A stretch of 64,000 nucleotides of DNA. It comes from Lingula anatina (taxonomy: Eukaryota; Animalia; Brachiopoda). Of this stretch, positions 1 through 13,200 are shown one piece after another. Position 1 is the first letter of the stretch. Each line of letters begins with the position of its first letter. The DNA is taken from contig CM120641.1 in assembly GCA_051362555.1 (NCBI GenBank), positions 8,680,001 through 8,744,000 of the forward strand, given 5' to 3'. The notes under the pieces were generated by a model. That model was not told the origin of the DNA. It saw only the letters and a list, made by a program, of their open reading frames with translations, and searched no databases. The translations under genes and the position numbers were made by a program.

Positions 1-185
1 AGAAACGAGGGGGGAGCTATTTTGAGAAATTAAGACCTATAAAATGTATCCAATTCACTAAGAAAAAACAACTAGAAAAATATCCATGGGTAAATCACAC
101 TGCACTTCTAAGTCCACCATTATTATTTACCCTTCTCTCCTCCAAATCCCATGAAATCTCACGTGAATATACATTAAACCACTAC

Positions 186-187
<2 letters not shown>

Positions 188-250
<63 letters not shown>
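188..250. repeat. (TTTA)n microsatellite
   Basis: Seen directly. Confidence 0.95.
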
Positions 251-590
251 TATTCATTTGGTCTAGTATTAAAAGAGACCTACCTGGATGTTCTTTTACC
301 TTTAACTGCACTTAAGAATATTTTGGTTGATATTATTTATATTTGTGTAACCTTTGAGTTGGAAGTTCAAAAATCTATTGCCCTACCCAAGTCACTTGTC
401 AGGTAAGGTTCACTCCTATGGAACTATAAGGAATGCACTTTTTATGTTGGCCATATTCCCACTAAATTATTATATATGATGATGTATAGGGTAGTATGAT
501 AGATACATGTCAAGCAATAATTAGCATTATAAAGTAGTTTATGGGTGGAATTGCATTTAAGTGTCTGCTTCCTGTAGTTATGCAACTTTT

Positions 591-600
591 CCCCCCCCCC

Positions 601-643
<43 letters not shown>

Positions 644-680
644 AAAAAATAATAATAATAATGATAATAATAATTATTAT
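591..680. repeat. C10, (AAAT)n and (AAT)n simple-repeat tract abutting the segment A breakpoint
   Basis: Seen directly; ends about 5 bp before position 686. Confidence 0.9.
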
Positions 681-2827
681 GAGAACTATAATTGTAATTT
701 TAAATTCCAGTTTTAAAGAAGAGAATATTACAAAAGAACAAATTATATGTTATGGTAATGATTCGATCTTTTTAATGGGTAAAAATTATATAACTTTCAG
801 ATACATAATTTTATAATCACAAAAATTGTATTTCTTTATAGCATTTGTGGTGCTTTGACTGCATAGGTTGGAACTGTGCAGTAGCTAGCCTGCTTCTTAA
901 TTTTGTTGCTACCACTCAACAAGAATGTTCTAACTCTAAGAAATTATGACTTAAAAACAGAGTTTCTGTAAAATTCACAACTGTCCCCCATTGAAAAAAT
1001 CAAGGAATTACCATTTTTCATACAACAGAACCTTTAGTACATATGGAGGCTGTGGCTTGTAGAAATTCTAAGGTTGTGGTTATGAAAGTTGGTATGAAAA
1101 TACATATAGCCAGCTGCTATTGAAACACAGATGCTCTGTAGATCTAACGATCTTGTTGATATGGATTGTTACCTTTGCAGACTTACAATAATCATGGTAT
1201 GGTTGTATTTACTGTGCCATACAGAAGGAAGAGTAAGTCAGGGTGATTGACAACTTTGCTTGTCGAATTCAAGCATATCATCAGTGCAATGGTGGTCATT
1301 TGGAACAAGTTCTGTAAAGAATGCACCCTTTGAGTAAGAGACATCAAATTTCAAAATCAATGTTTTTTTAAAATTATTATTATATCAGCTTCCAGGACAT
1401 GTAATCTTGTCTTTGTTTCTCGTCTCAGTAATAGATCAGTAATATATGTATAGATATATATAATGGGTTCCATCTAATTTGAGACACCCTGTACTTGGTT
1501 ATTGTAGCAAGGTGGCATATTATTTGATCAGTGTATTATTGGTATTGCTCTTTTTCCTGAATGTGAACATTTGTATATTGTTTCCTCTTTACCTACTCTG
1601 CATGCAAGTTACATCTGTTTTGTATCTGCAGTTTAATAGTGGCATTCATAAAAAGCATGACTTGTCATGAAATTTGAACATTAATTCAAGCACAGCATTG
1701 CGATTTTGCTTAATAATAGATAATGTGAACATGTAGTTTGCAGTAGTTTTCCAAAGTCAGACCAATTATACTGCAGCATGGAAAATATCTATATATTTAA
1801 AAATTTTTTTTAACAATAAATAATTGAACTGATTAACTCTGATTTGGAAAATGAAAACTACTTCATTTCCCTTTTATTGCTGATTTTTGAAAAAAGATCT
1901 TGAGTGCCTTTCTGAAAGAAAAGATATGCATGCCAATCCTCATTGTTGGGTATCCATGGTACCCAATTGAGGTTTTGTAATACTAGTGTCATTTCTTTAA
2001 GGTTGCTGGGGAATTGTGGTCAGGAAGAAATCTCATAGGGATGTGATAATTAGAGATTTGGGTGATGCTTGAGACATTAGAGGGAAAAGCATCAAACTGA
2101 TTATATTCTCTGCTGGCAGGGGAGGTTTCAAAGAATTGGACACATGTAAAGATTGATGACTTATTTAGTTATATGTGACATGAAGTCATTATCATCCTTA
2201 AAACATTTTTACAGTAACTTTTAAGGGTGTGTTGTGTCACACATGTGATCAAACCTGTAAGAGGTATAGCTGAAGATGTTATATATCATGTTATATTTCC
2301 AAATAAAGCATGTAACATGTTGCAAAGTAAGTTAGCATACATGACCCAAGTTTATTTTGAAGACGACAGTTTGTGGATGTTGAAACATTTGACTGAAGCT
2401 TATGCAAAGATAATATGCATTTTTGCTTGCAATTAAGAAAAAAATGCAATTAAAATTTGTAATTAAAAATTAACATTTAAACATGTCAGTTGTAAAAGTG
2501 AGAAATTTGTTAGCATGTGAGTAGGAAAGTGGGAAGATTGTTAACAATGCAAAAACCTCTAAAATGTTGACTCAGCAGCTGATTATTTTGATATTGTATT
2601 TTACCTAGTTCCATTATCCGAAACCAGTAAAATGTGCTCAATAATAACTAAAGAAGACTTAGAAATGACCAAAAAATTGCAGTGGGTTATAAATACTGCA
2701 TGGTTTTCTACAGTTTAATGATGATGATAGGGGAATTAACAACTGCATAATGTGTAAATGCATGCATGCTAGTGACTGTGTCACTCAAGAGTCGTAGGTC
2801 CCATTCACAACAAAGTTGAACTGCAAA

Positions 2828-2990
2828 CTAACAGATCAGCGGATCATGTATGGCCAACCCACATGAAAGCTTGCCGCATAATTCCCTGTTAGACCCTGGA
2901 TAGATTCCCAGGAGGATTATGTGGCAATTAAACTTTCCATTAGGTCGGCCATATTTGACTCTGTTATGCTATGGATCATCTCTGTTGTGA
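2828..2990. mobile_element. Old palindromic MITE-like element (copy at 16454-16616; related end at about 38355-38392)
   Basis: tatggccaaccc...ttgccgcataattccctg is an imperfect inverted repeat of caggaggattatgtggcaa...ggtcggccata. ctaacagatcagcggatca recurs at about 38353. Confidence 0.5.
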
Positions 2991-4062
2991 CTGTTCTCAT
3001 ATATTACTTACACACATATTTCCCATCTTTTTGACACAGATCATTCTGAACACCTTTTTTTTACATTACGTGCCACTGGATTTTTTCTTTCCTTTTTGCT
3101 ACTGGAGCATGTAAATGGACAGAAATATGCACTACCACATTGTCACAACATTGAACCCTTTACATTGTTAGCACTCCATTAAGACTGCATAAAAACCTTA
3201 AATTGGATAACCAGTCCATTAAGAGTACTTGCTACAATATTTCTTTTCATGTTTTATTGATTTTTTTTATTGTTTGTCTTGGGAGATGGCAGTAAAAGCA
3301 TGACAGTGAGAATGTGTTGAAATCATCTGTGGTAAGGCCAGTGTAGGAAAATGAGTCTGGAAGCATGACATGGTTCAATGTGGGCAAAGTTCTGTCTGAA
3401 TGATGTGAGAGTTTCTTATCGAAATAAAAGTGGCATCTATACAGCATTACTTTGCAGAACAACTCATTTCAGTATTTAGACTTTGGTGGCTGAATATCAG
3501 TAGTAACTTCTTGACTATTATTAAGCCCATTTCAAATTATACAATAATGAACATGAACCATTAATTTTTTGCACACTGCTCTGTGTACAGCTTGTGGCAT
3601 TTAAGATGTTAACATGGAGTTTCATGACTTTACCCTTAGGGTCCCCAAGTTTGTCCTTAAGATTTCCATTGCAAGCTGTAAAATGTATTTTTAAAGATCT
3701 TTTTTCTGTACTGAGTATATTAAAACTCAGTGTGTTTTAAAAGTTCAGCAATATGTGGAAAGATAACATGATTACTATTCTAGATGAGATTTTAGGATAT
3801 TCATAATGGAAGTTAACTTGCTTATGAGCTTTTTATGTTCCTCGTCTCAGTGGTTTCTGGGAGAAATATAGCTTATTTTTTAAAAACAATTATTGGTGTT
3901 TAGTTTTTTATGCTGCAGTCTTATTATTATAAATAAAACTTGTAGTTATTTCTATTTACTTCAAGGTTTATACTTAAAGGTACAAGTTTAAAATGTTTAA
4001 TTAGTTTCTTATGGATAAATACTTTGTGTCTAGACATTCTAAGGATTGAATTAAAAGAAAGT

Positions 4063-4150
4063 GATTGTCATAAGTTGTTTCTTTAAAGGAGAGATTGTCA
4101 TACTTTGTTTCTTTAAAGGATTGATTGTCATAATTTGTTTCTTTAAAGGA
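4063..4150. repeat. 30-bp tandem repeat x3 just upstream of the PITPNC1 microexon (copy at 17689-17776)
   Basis: gattgtcata(ag/ct/at)ttgtttctttaaagga at 4063, 4093 and 4123. Confidence 0.9.
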
Positions 4151-4203
4151 TTTGATTAAAAGAAAGTGATTGATATAATTTTCTTTTTCATGATGTACCT
4201 CAG

Positions 4204-4211
4204 AATATACG
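4204..4211 (+). CDS. PITPNC1: 8-nt microexon of PITPNC1 (copy 1; copy 2 at 17830-17837)
   Basis: ttttctttttcatgatgtacctcag|AATATACG|gtaagt supplies the (G)AA TAT ACG = E-Y-T expected before CSF in PITP proteins and converts phase 1 to phase 0. Confidence 0.85.
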
Positions 4212-7200
4212 GTAAGTACCTACTTTTTATATTATAAATGCAAATGCCTAGCAACCAGCTTTTGCGCAGTCAACACCAATAAAATCTTGTTTAGGGATGA
4301 AGTTACACCCCATACCGATTGCTATCTCACCTCAAAATAGAACGGTGTTAAATTGATGATTAAAGCTTTCAGTTGCCTATGCTTATACATTGCAACAATA
4401 ATATATATACAGCGATATTTTATATTTACGAGGTTTTTAAAATTGATTTAAATGAGCACAAAGATAGTTGCATTATTGAATAATTATGTGTAGGAAAAAC
4501 TTTTTCGGTATCTGGATGGGTTACAATATCCTTAAGAAAGGATCTTTTTGTCAAAATTCACAACAGTAATCTCACTAGAGTTGACAATTCAAATCATTGC
4601 CACTAAACCCAAACAAATACCACCATATTAATAGTAAAGTAATAGCATAACTTAAAAAATAAAATCAAAGGGAATTGTTTCATATTTTTTCCCCAAAAAT
4701 TATTTTGAACCCGTATTTTCTGCTTTCTTTGCTAAACTTAACCTTCTGTTGTTTTTGCTTTAATTAGTATATTACAGGAATGAAAATCAATGCTTATTTT
4801 CCAGTGCTCTTTTGTACCAAGATTTTCAATATACATTGAAACCCGTTATGAAAACAATAATGGAAGCTCAGAAAATGTAAGTTATTGATTTTTTTTTTGC
4901 ATTTTATAATAAACCTGTACTTCACAGAATTTTCTCAAATTGATACTGTCATTTAATTTTAATGATTAGAGCCCAGCTTAGATAAAGTTTTAATGAAAAT
5001 GTATGTATTTCTTTCCTTAAACTGATCTGAATGCAACAGTAACACTGAATGAAAAATGTATTTATCTTGTAAATTGTAGACATGGATATTTCTGGCTTAA
5101 AGTTCTATTATTGATGATTTTGAAACTATAAAGGCTCAAGTTTATTGTGCTTTAGAATAAACTAATTAATTGCCGTTGGTGTTATAAGGCACAGAAGTGA
5201 GATTTGAAGTTTGTGGGATTCCATGAGATTTTGATACTTCCGGAGATATTCAGTAATTGTGTAATGTTTAAGCAGTCTAATCAATAGTAACTACAACTGT
5301 CAACATGTTTTTTTCCTTTGTTTTTGGGTGTAGTCAACGAAGCAGCAGCAGTGTTCTCCTTTTTTTATTTTTATTTTTATATAAGCTCAAACAGGGCAAA
5401 TGGGAAAGGCAATGTTGGTAGATTATAACAATCATAACAATGAACTTGCAAACAAGATTGTGAAGCTGTCCTTGGAAGTGGGTGCGTTGTGAAATAATGT
5501 TGCAAAATTCGCAAAATTATCAGGCACATGCAAACGAAATTTTATTTTTGGAAAAATGAAAAAAAAGGGGTTAAAATTACAACATGCAAAGCTGATGGGC
5601 CCAAACATTTGCTAAATGATTTATCTTTTTTTTTCTAGTGTTTGGGTCTCTCCCAAGAAGACCTTGATGTCAGAGAAGTTGAACATCTTGACATTGCATA
5701 TGATCCTTTACCTGAGAAGTATTACAAAGAGGAAGAGGTAGGTAATTTAGGACTGTTGTGCTCAGTTACAGATTTCAGAAAGACTTCATTAGCACATTGA
5801 TAAATGCATAAATTATCTTGGTTGAATAAGAGGATTCTAGAGTATGTGGCTCCGAGTTAACTCAGATTGGTTTTAATCATGAATTATTATATTTACTTTG
5901 AAAATGTGATTGCTAATTTGATTCAAAAGTTTGTCTTCAAAGAATTTTTTTTCAATGTAATATGTGTCTTCAGAGGATATTTTTAGTGTTGGAATTTAAT
6001 GAAGTTCTGGTCTGTAGCTTAAAAAAAATTGCCAGTGTGTTTCCATAAGTTTTATATAGAAAAACAACTGACTTGCTTCAGCAGAATCTACAATTATTCT
6101 GCTTTTTTCAAAAAGAGTCAGAATAATACTATATGTAAATTGTATGAAATAAGTAATCTTTTGGAGAAGCATCTGAAATATTATGAAGGATTGCGTGTAG
6201 TAGACAGAAGCCCTGACAACCATTGTTTCCTGCAGTGCCAGAAAACCTCAGGTCAGATTACCATGGCATTGTTATAATTGCCTTTAGTAAAGACGTTCAT
6301 TATGTTGCCAAGATATGTCAGAAAGTCATTTTTCATATCTCAAATTTGCATTGTTAAAGTTTGGGTGCATTGGGCTCTTCGATTAGCTCAATTAAGGCCA
6401 ATCTAAATCCCTAGAGAACGTCCAAAAAAGAGCTCTTTGCATTATATGCCCTGAACTTACATATAATGAAACAATGAATGTCACTGAACTCCCCACCTTA
6501 AAATCTTTTTGTTGTAAATTGTGCCAAAAAAATGTTTAATGAAATCCAATTACCTGCACATAGACTGGGTTCCCATCCCTAGATCGATCTAACAGGATCG
6601 GTCCATCTACACGGGGTCCCTTGCGAAATTGCTTTCAGCCCAAGCGTCTTAGATGTCTGGGATGCCCGCTAAGGCCCCTATTTCACACAGACCACGAATC
6701 CCACGAATCGCCAAGAATTGAAAAATTTTAGGATTCGTGAGGATTCGTGAGATTTTGCCAATTTTCTGGTCTAATTCGACATGCTCATGGTTCAGTTACG
6801 ATACAGGTACGATAGTGTTACGAATATTCGTGGGATTCGGCTGGAATCGTGAGAATTTGCCAATTTTCTGGTCTAATTCGACACGCTCTACTATTCAGTT
6901 ACAATACAGGTGCGATAGCGTTACGAATATTTGTGGGATTCGGCTGGAATCGCACGAATATTGTCCAGAAATTCACTACGATTTTTTGGAATCGGGAGTT
7001 CGTGGCCAAATCTTTGAACAGCTTAAATTTTTTGCCACGAATTCCCGATTGATCAAGAATTGCAAGAACTGACTACGATTATATACGAATCTGTTTAGAA
7101 CTTCACGAACTGATTACGATTCAACCACGAATCCTGAAATTTTCAATTCCTGGCGATTCGTGGGATTCGTGGTCTGTGTGAAATAGGGGCATCAAAGTTT

Positions 7201-10200
7201 TTGCCACCAATTCCTGTTGGTCACGAAGTGCAAGAACTGACTACGAATATATACGAATCTGTTAAGAACTTCGCGAGCTGATTTTGATTCAACCATGAAT
7301 TGTGAAATTTGTCAATTCCTGGTCATTCGTGGGATTCGTGGTCTGTGTGAAATAGGGGCATTAAGCTGCTAAATGAAAGTTAATTACCCCTATCAGTCTC
7401 AGCAGGTGTGACAGACATCTAAGCCACCCAAGTTAATTGCAATGTACCAATGAACTGTGTTTATGAACTTTTTGCTTTTAAAGGTATGACAAACAATATA
7501 TTTTAGTCATATTTTTTCCCTTCAATATTTATTTTAAAAGTACTCTGTCTTTAGCTTCACTTCAAGAACATAGCCACTGCCATATGTATGCTTCAGGTGT
7601 TGGGTTGTACCAAGACATCTTGTGACAATAAAATGAAAATCATATGATATTGTAAAAGAAAGAAAGGAAAGATTTACCTTTATTAAAATTAGATCTAAAC
7701 ATGTGGCACTGCTTTATTTGTGCACAAGACTATAAGTTGAAGAAAGACAGTACCTCATCATACATGAATCAACAGAGGTACTTGATGTCAACCAACAAAT
7801 ATACTGGCATGCATGCATTTTCATAAAACCATTGTTGGCATCTTAAGTACAAAGGCCTTGACAAGTAAAATAGTGCAACTTGCTATCCGTAACTTCATAT
7901 TCATAATGCACTAATTTATATTTTACTGGAAAAGAAAAATAGTTGACCGTGATTTAATTATAATTATTAATAAAATCCACTATTAAAGGGATAATAACTT
8001 TTCGTTTTGGCCAAAAAATGAATTTTCCTGGAGTAAACAACAATTTTCCCATACTTACCGATGGTTAATGAATCCATTTTAACATTCAAAGTTAGTCCCT
8101 GGTTTTTTTCTAAAAAGTTTGTTTTTTTGTGAAAATCTCTTAAGAGATTACAACAGAGTATAGCCATCAATGGAGGTCATGTGATCTGAAGACAAGCTCA
8201 GATATCAGAATAATAGCTATAACTGCTGTTTTCGTCGTAAAACAGAATATATTATATTTCTATGAGTTATTCACAATGTTTTTATTGTGAAATATAGATT
8301 TCATACGAAGAGTTATTATCCCTTTAAGTGACTTACTTGACCTCCCCATTGACCATGATGGCCAAACGAGAGCAGAGGGCATCAGCTTCCTCCATGTAGT
8401 GTGTGGTCAGTATAGCTCCCCTCCTGTCCCCCTGGAATCTGTTGCTTATAACATCCCTAATACAAAAGATTCATTTACAAACATATTTAAAACTTTTATA
8501 TATTACTGTACTATTTGATTTCACCTGATTGACATCCACATGTGGTTTTGTATATAATTATATATGCATAACTAGAGATGTGGATATGAAGTTCCACAAA
8601 CAATCTGTTCTGATATTTTTGTTTCACTTGACTTACAGAAATTTATGGTGTGTAAGATTGAATTTTTCCAAAAGATATACTTTGCAAAGACAAAAACCTT
8701 AGAGTTCTCAATATATCAAAACATTATTAGAAAGATCAAGTATAAAATATACTGCATGCCATACCACAAAAACCTCTTGGACTTGGGATCCATTCCTGTA
8801 GATGGCTCATCCAGTAACACTGCTTTTGACTCCCCAAGCATGCACATTGCAAAACTCAACTAGAAAACCAAACTTTTCAATTTGTAGACATTTAATTTGC
8901 CTTTGCTGCAGACACAAGACAGGATAAATTAAAATGGTTCAAGAAACTCCCCCAGTAAACTCAATAAGTAAACTTGAACAATTAGAAAGAGACTCTCCCA
9001 ATGCCTTTATACATATAACTCTTACAAATGTGTGGTCTGAATTAAAGATTGAGCAATAAGTAAAAGATATGTTAATGTACCTTTCTCTTTGTTCCACCAG
9101 AAAGCTGTCTGGCTTGTTTATCAGCATGCTCTTCAATCTTCAATGCTTGAAGATACCTAGAAAAATTTTTTTTCAATCACTGTATTTGCTTTCATTCTTT
9201 CATAGTACATGTAGGTCATCATAGTACATTCAGTAGATTTATATTATCATATGCAGCAAGTCTATTTCCTCTGTTCCAAAGTGTGGTGCATCATTTTCAG
9301 TGCTGTGCTTAGCATCAGGAGAGAGCATATTTTGCTGCCTGTGGTCAGGATTAACAGACAGCTCCCAGAGATACAGGGAAAGGTAAAGCCAAATGGCATT
9401 TGAACATACCTTTAACCAGATCTCAAACCAATATATAGCCATAATGTTTAGTACTTATAAGTCTAAGCTACATAATTTTATGTAGTAAGTAGTGCAGTCA
9501 ATTTTACTTGGAGCGTCTTTCAACATCTTTCAACACTGATCAATAAAAAAACAAACTGACCAATAAAAAATAAAATATGTAACCTTTCAGCAATATATTT
9601 AATATCCTTATCTGGAATTCCCCTGCATGCAGCATAACACTCCAGATGTTCTCTTGGGGTGATGTAGTCCCACAGTGCATCATGCTGAGGGCAGTAGCCC
9701 ATAGCTCTAAATGCATCAGAAATGCTGGATTTAATGTCGGTGCCTGCTACAGTCACCTGCATTGTGAAAGGAAAATGTAAGTCTAAAAATTGTTTTATAC
9801 CAAAAATTCTAGAGAAACTTAAATGAACATCAAGAACTATTGATGGTACACCCATGTGTAAAGTAGTGCGTGATCAGTGACCATGCAATCTTTTTCCATT
9901 TACTTTGATAACAGAAAACTGTACTAAAGTTCATTTTATAATGAATGAACCAAAGAAACTCAATACAAAAGGTTACAATCTGAATTATTATGCTCACAAA
10001 TAATTTTCATAATTGTGCAATCTGAATTATTATGTTCACAAATAATTTTCATAATTGTACTTTGATAAACCGAGAACAAGTTAATTACCAAGGAAATATA
10101 ATTTGACTGTAATGAAAACCATAAACCAATATGTTACCTTTCCTTTGGTTGGGCAGGTCTCAGCAATTATCATGTTTAATGTGGTAGTTTTACCAGCCCC

Positions 10201-13200
10201 ATTTGGCCCAAGTAATCCAAACACCTCCCCAGCTTCCACAGCAAATGAAGCATTTCTCACTGCCACCCGTTTTCTCTCCTCTTTTTTCCCTTTTTTCTTG
10301 GCAGCTTTCTTGTCCCTTCTCAGAAATTCTTTTCTCAAGTTTTTCACCATGACAACAGGAACCTGATTTTTAATGAAAAAGTAGTTTTAACCTTTTTTTT
10401 TCAAATGTGAATTTAACTGCATTACTAAAATAATTGGTCCCCATTAAGGTTTTGCAAACATACAGACTAAATGGAAATTTAAAATATATAATTGAGAGCA
10501 ACTGTTGAGGTAAAGGACAATGTATATCCAATGTAATGCCACTGAAGTATTTTGTTCAATCTTTGATTCTCACAATGCACAATTCTTACTGCTACTGGGT
10601 AGTCATCCATTCAAATTCTCAAGATTACAATACCTTTCTACTGTCACTAATTCTCCAGTTCTCAACTCTGTCTCTCTCCTCCAAGACATCACTGTTCTCT
10701 CCCCTGATAACATCATCATTTTCCTCTGGGACATTGGCAACTATGGGTCCCTCTTTCCCCCCACACTTGATGGCTTCCACTACACTACCACCTGTACTTT
10801 TCACATCCAATACCCGAAGCAATATGAACAATATAAAAAGGTGCGCAATGGGCTGAAATGATAAACATCCGAGTTCAATTATCTATTTCAATTTATCAAT
10901 ACCTGAACAATCTAGTGTATAAGGTGCCATTCATTGTTTGGCATGTGCACTACTACATAAATGTACTAGTACATAGAAAATGCCAATTGGCTGAAACAAA
11001 AGCTGACATTGTAAACTCTTAATATTTGGTATCAATACAATTAGTAATAAATTTTAATTGTTTTCAAAGGATTAAAAATATTTTTCTGTAAAGTATAACT
11101 TCATACTGGAGCTTTGGAAAAAAAAAAAACAAGCTATGATGTAAAGAGTTAAAGTCTACTTCAGTCTACATCAGTTTCTCTACATTTGTTTCCCTAAAGA
11201 GGGTTTTAAAAATTACTATTTATTTATCTAAATGGCTAACTCACCAACAACCAAGAGGGTAAAACATATTTATTCCAGTCAAAGTAATATGAAAAGGGTA
11301 CATCCCCAGCCTCTGCTAACAGGACATGAGTTCTGTGAATCTGAAGGGTAATGTAAAATGTCAATATCAATTGAAAATATGATTTGATTATTTCAAAATC
11401 TTCAAAAAGATACATGTGCATGTAATCAATTCCAGACTAATTATTATTTCACGTTTTGCAACTTTGAATATGCAGTTATAATTAGGGCTCTTCATTCTTG
11501 GGTTCATTTATCAATGAAGACATATTTAATTGGTATTATTCAGATAATTTGGTAATGTGAAGGTTGCATTTTTTTAGTGTGTATATTTCCAATAAACTCT
11601 TCTCTTAATGCATCTTTAAGCCTAGAAATCAAAAATTTATTTTCTACACATATATTTTTACATTGTAAACTAAATCCTTTTTCACTGTAGTTCCACTTTT
11701 TTGGCAAAACATTATCTGTACCTTTTCTATGTAGTGCAAGCCTCCCATGATGAAGTATGGAGGACTGACTGCTGTGCAGATCAAATGAACTATCCCTGCA
11801 GCATCCTCCTGATTACTACCATCTAATATAGCCACAGCCATATAGGGTAACAGAGAGGTCTGGAAAATGTGTTTTTCTTGTTATGAATACTAGGGATATG
11901 ATTTTTTTGATTATACTACAAGTTTTTTTTAAATACTAAAATGGGTCTTGTAAATAGAGAATAAACAAAGCAATATGGGGAAACAGTCACTGTGGTAAAA
12001 AGTATTTGTCTGGTCATTAGTTAAAGTTTATACTAAATGCTCATCCATTGCAAATTAGATTTTACTGATGATTGCAATGGACAGAAGAGAAAACATTTAA
12101 ACAAATATTATTAACAAATAAAATGATATCTTGTGAAAATTTAGATAACCATGCTAGTATATGGTGAAGACTATCAAAACAAATCTTTTTAATAAGAAAT
12201 AAAGAGTGTGCAACTACTACAAAACATATTAATCTGCACTGGTTGTCAAATACTTGTGGTAAAAAAAAAAAAAAAATCAAAAAGTACTTACAAATATAAA
12301 GACATTTGGCATGAAGGCCATGGCATTCTCATATTTGGTGAAAGCAAATGACCACACATAGGAGTACATGATGTTTATCGGCATGAACAACACATATAAG
12401 ATAATTAGGCTCACTATAGCTCCAGGAACAAGTAGGGATTCAACCTAAAAATTTAAACAAAATATTGGACTGTGCTTTTCTTGTTTTTTAACTGGGATAC
12501 TTATATTACCAACGAATAAGATAAAAAAAATATTCATTTAATCACATGACATGGTTAATGAAAATATCAAATACTGTTTTTATTGCCATGCCTAAATTGG
12601 TAACTTTAATCTGAAATATTTAACCATGTCCCTTGGCAATGATGCAGTTGGATTTGATCACTCCACAGAAGTAGAGAATTCTCTATTTCTATGATCAGCC
12701 TTATATAATGTTAGAGACAAAATATTAATCACATTTGATTCTTTACCTGAAACGCCAGTATAATAATGATAGAGAGAACAGGCACCACTGCAAACTGAAC
12801 TATATCTACCAGAAACATGCTTCCCCAGTAGATATTCAATGTTATTCCTGATATCCTCAGCTGACTTCTAGACTTGAACTGAAATATAGTTTGCATATAA
12901 AATTAACCTGCTGCTGTTGAAAAACAATAAAAAATAGAAAAGCACTCAGAGAGAACAGACTTCTGCCAAGGTAACTCAGTTTTAATTATCATTAATTGTT
13001 TATTTATTAGTTCTTTATTTAATTAATGAACCAATTAAATTAATTCCCAGTATTATCAATTATTACTTAATCAACAAATCCATTATAAAAATTTTAAATT
13101 TTAGTTAATTAATTAATTTGTCTATTTATTAATTGGTTGATTAACTGACTATCAATTGCCAGCAAAATCTGGCTCATTTTATACTTAATTAACTAATAAT

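Larger units (their letters stand above)
686..7543. repeat. Segmental duplication, segment A copy 1 (6858 bp)
   Basis: Direct repeat of 14312-21169 at a constant offset of 13626 from end to end; no differences seen where compared by eye. Confidence 0.97.

Noticed and set aside
4063-4150. Regularly spaced 28-30 bp repeats as a possible CRISPR array
   Set aside because: Only 2-nt variable gaps, no unique spacers, eukaryotic intron, no cas genes.
1479-7072. Short ORFs in segment A (1479, 2227, 3247, 5996, 6029, 6737, 6849) and their copies
   Set aside because: No recognisable domains; they are intronic or lie inside a MITE. Their recurrence only reflects the duplication.
10103-10861. Plus-strand ORFs overlapping ABCA exons (also 13732, 28277, 31784, 32201, 35413, 36736, 40104, 41760, 46157)
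   Set aside because: Antisense shadows of real minus-strand coding exons.
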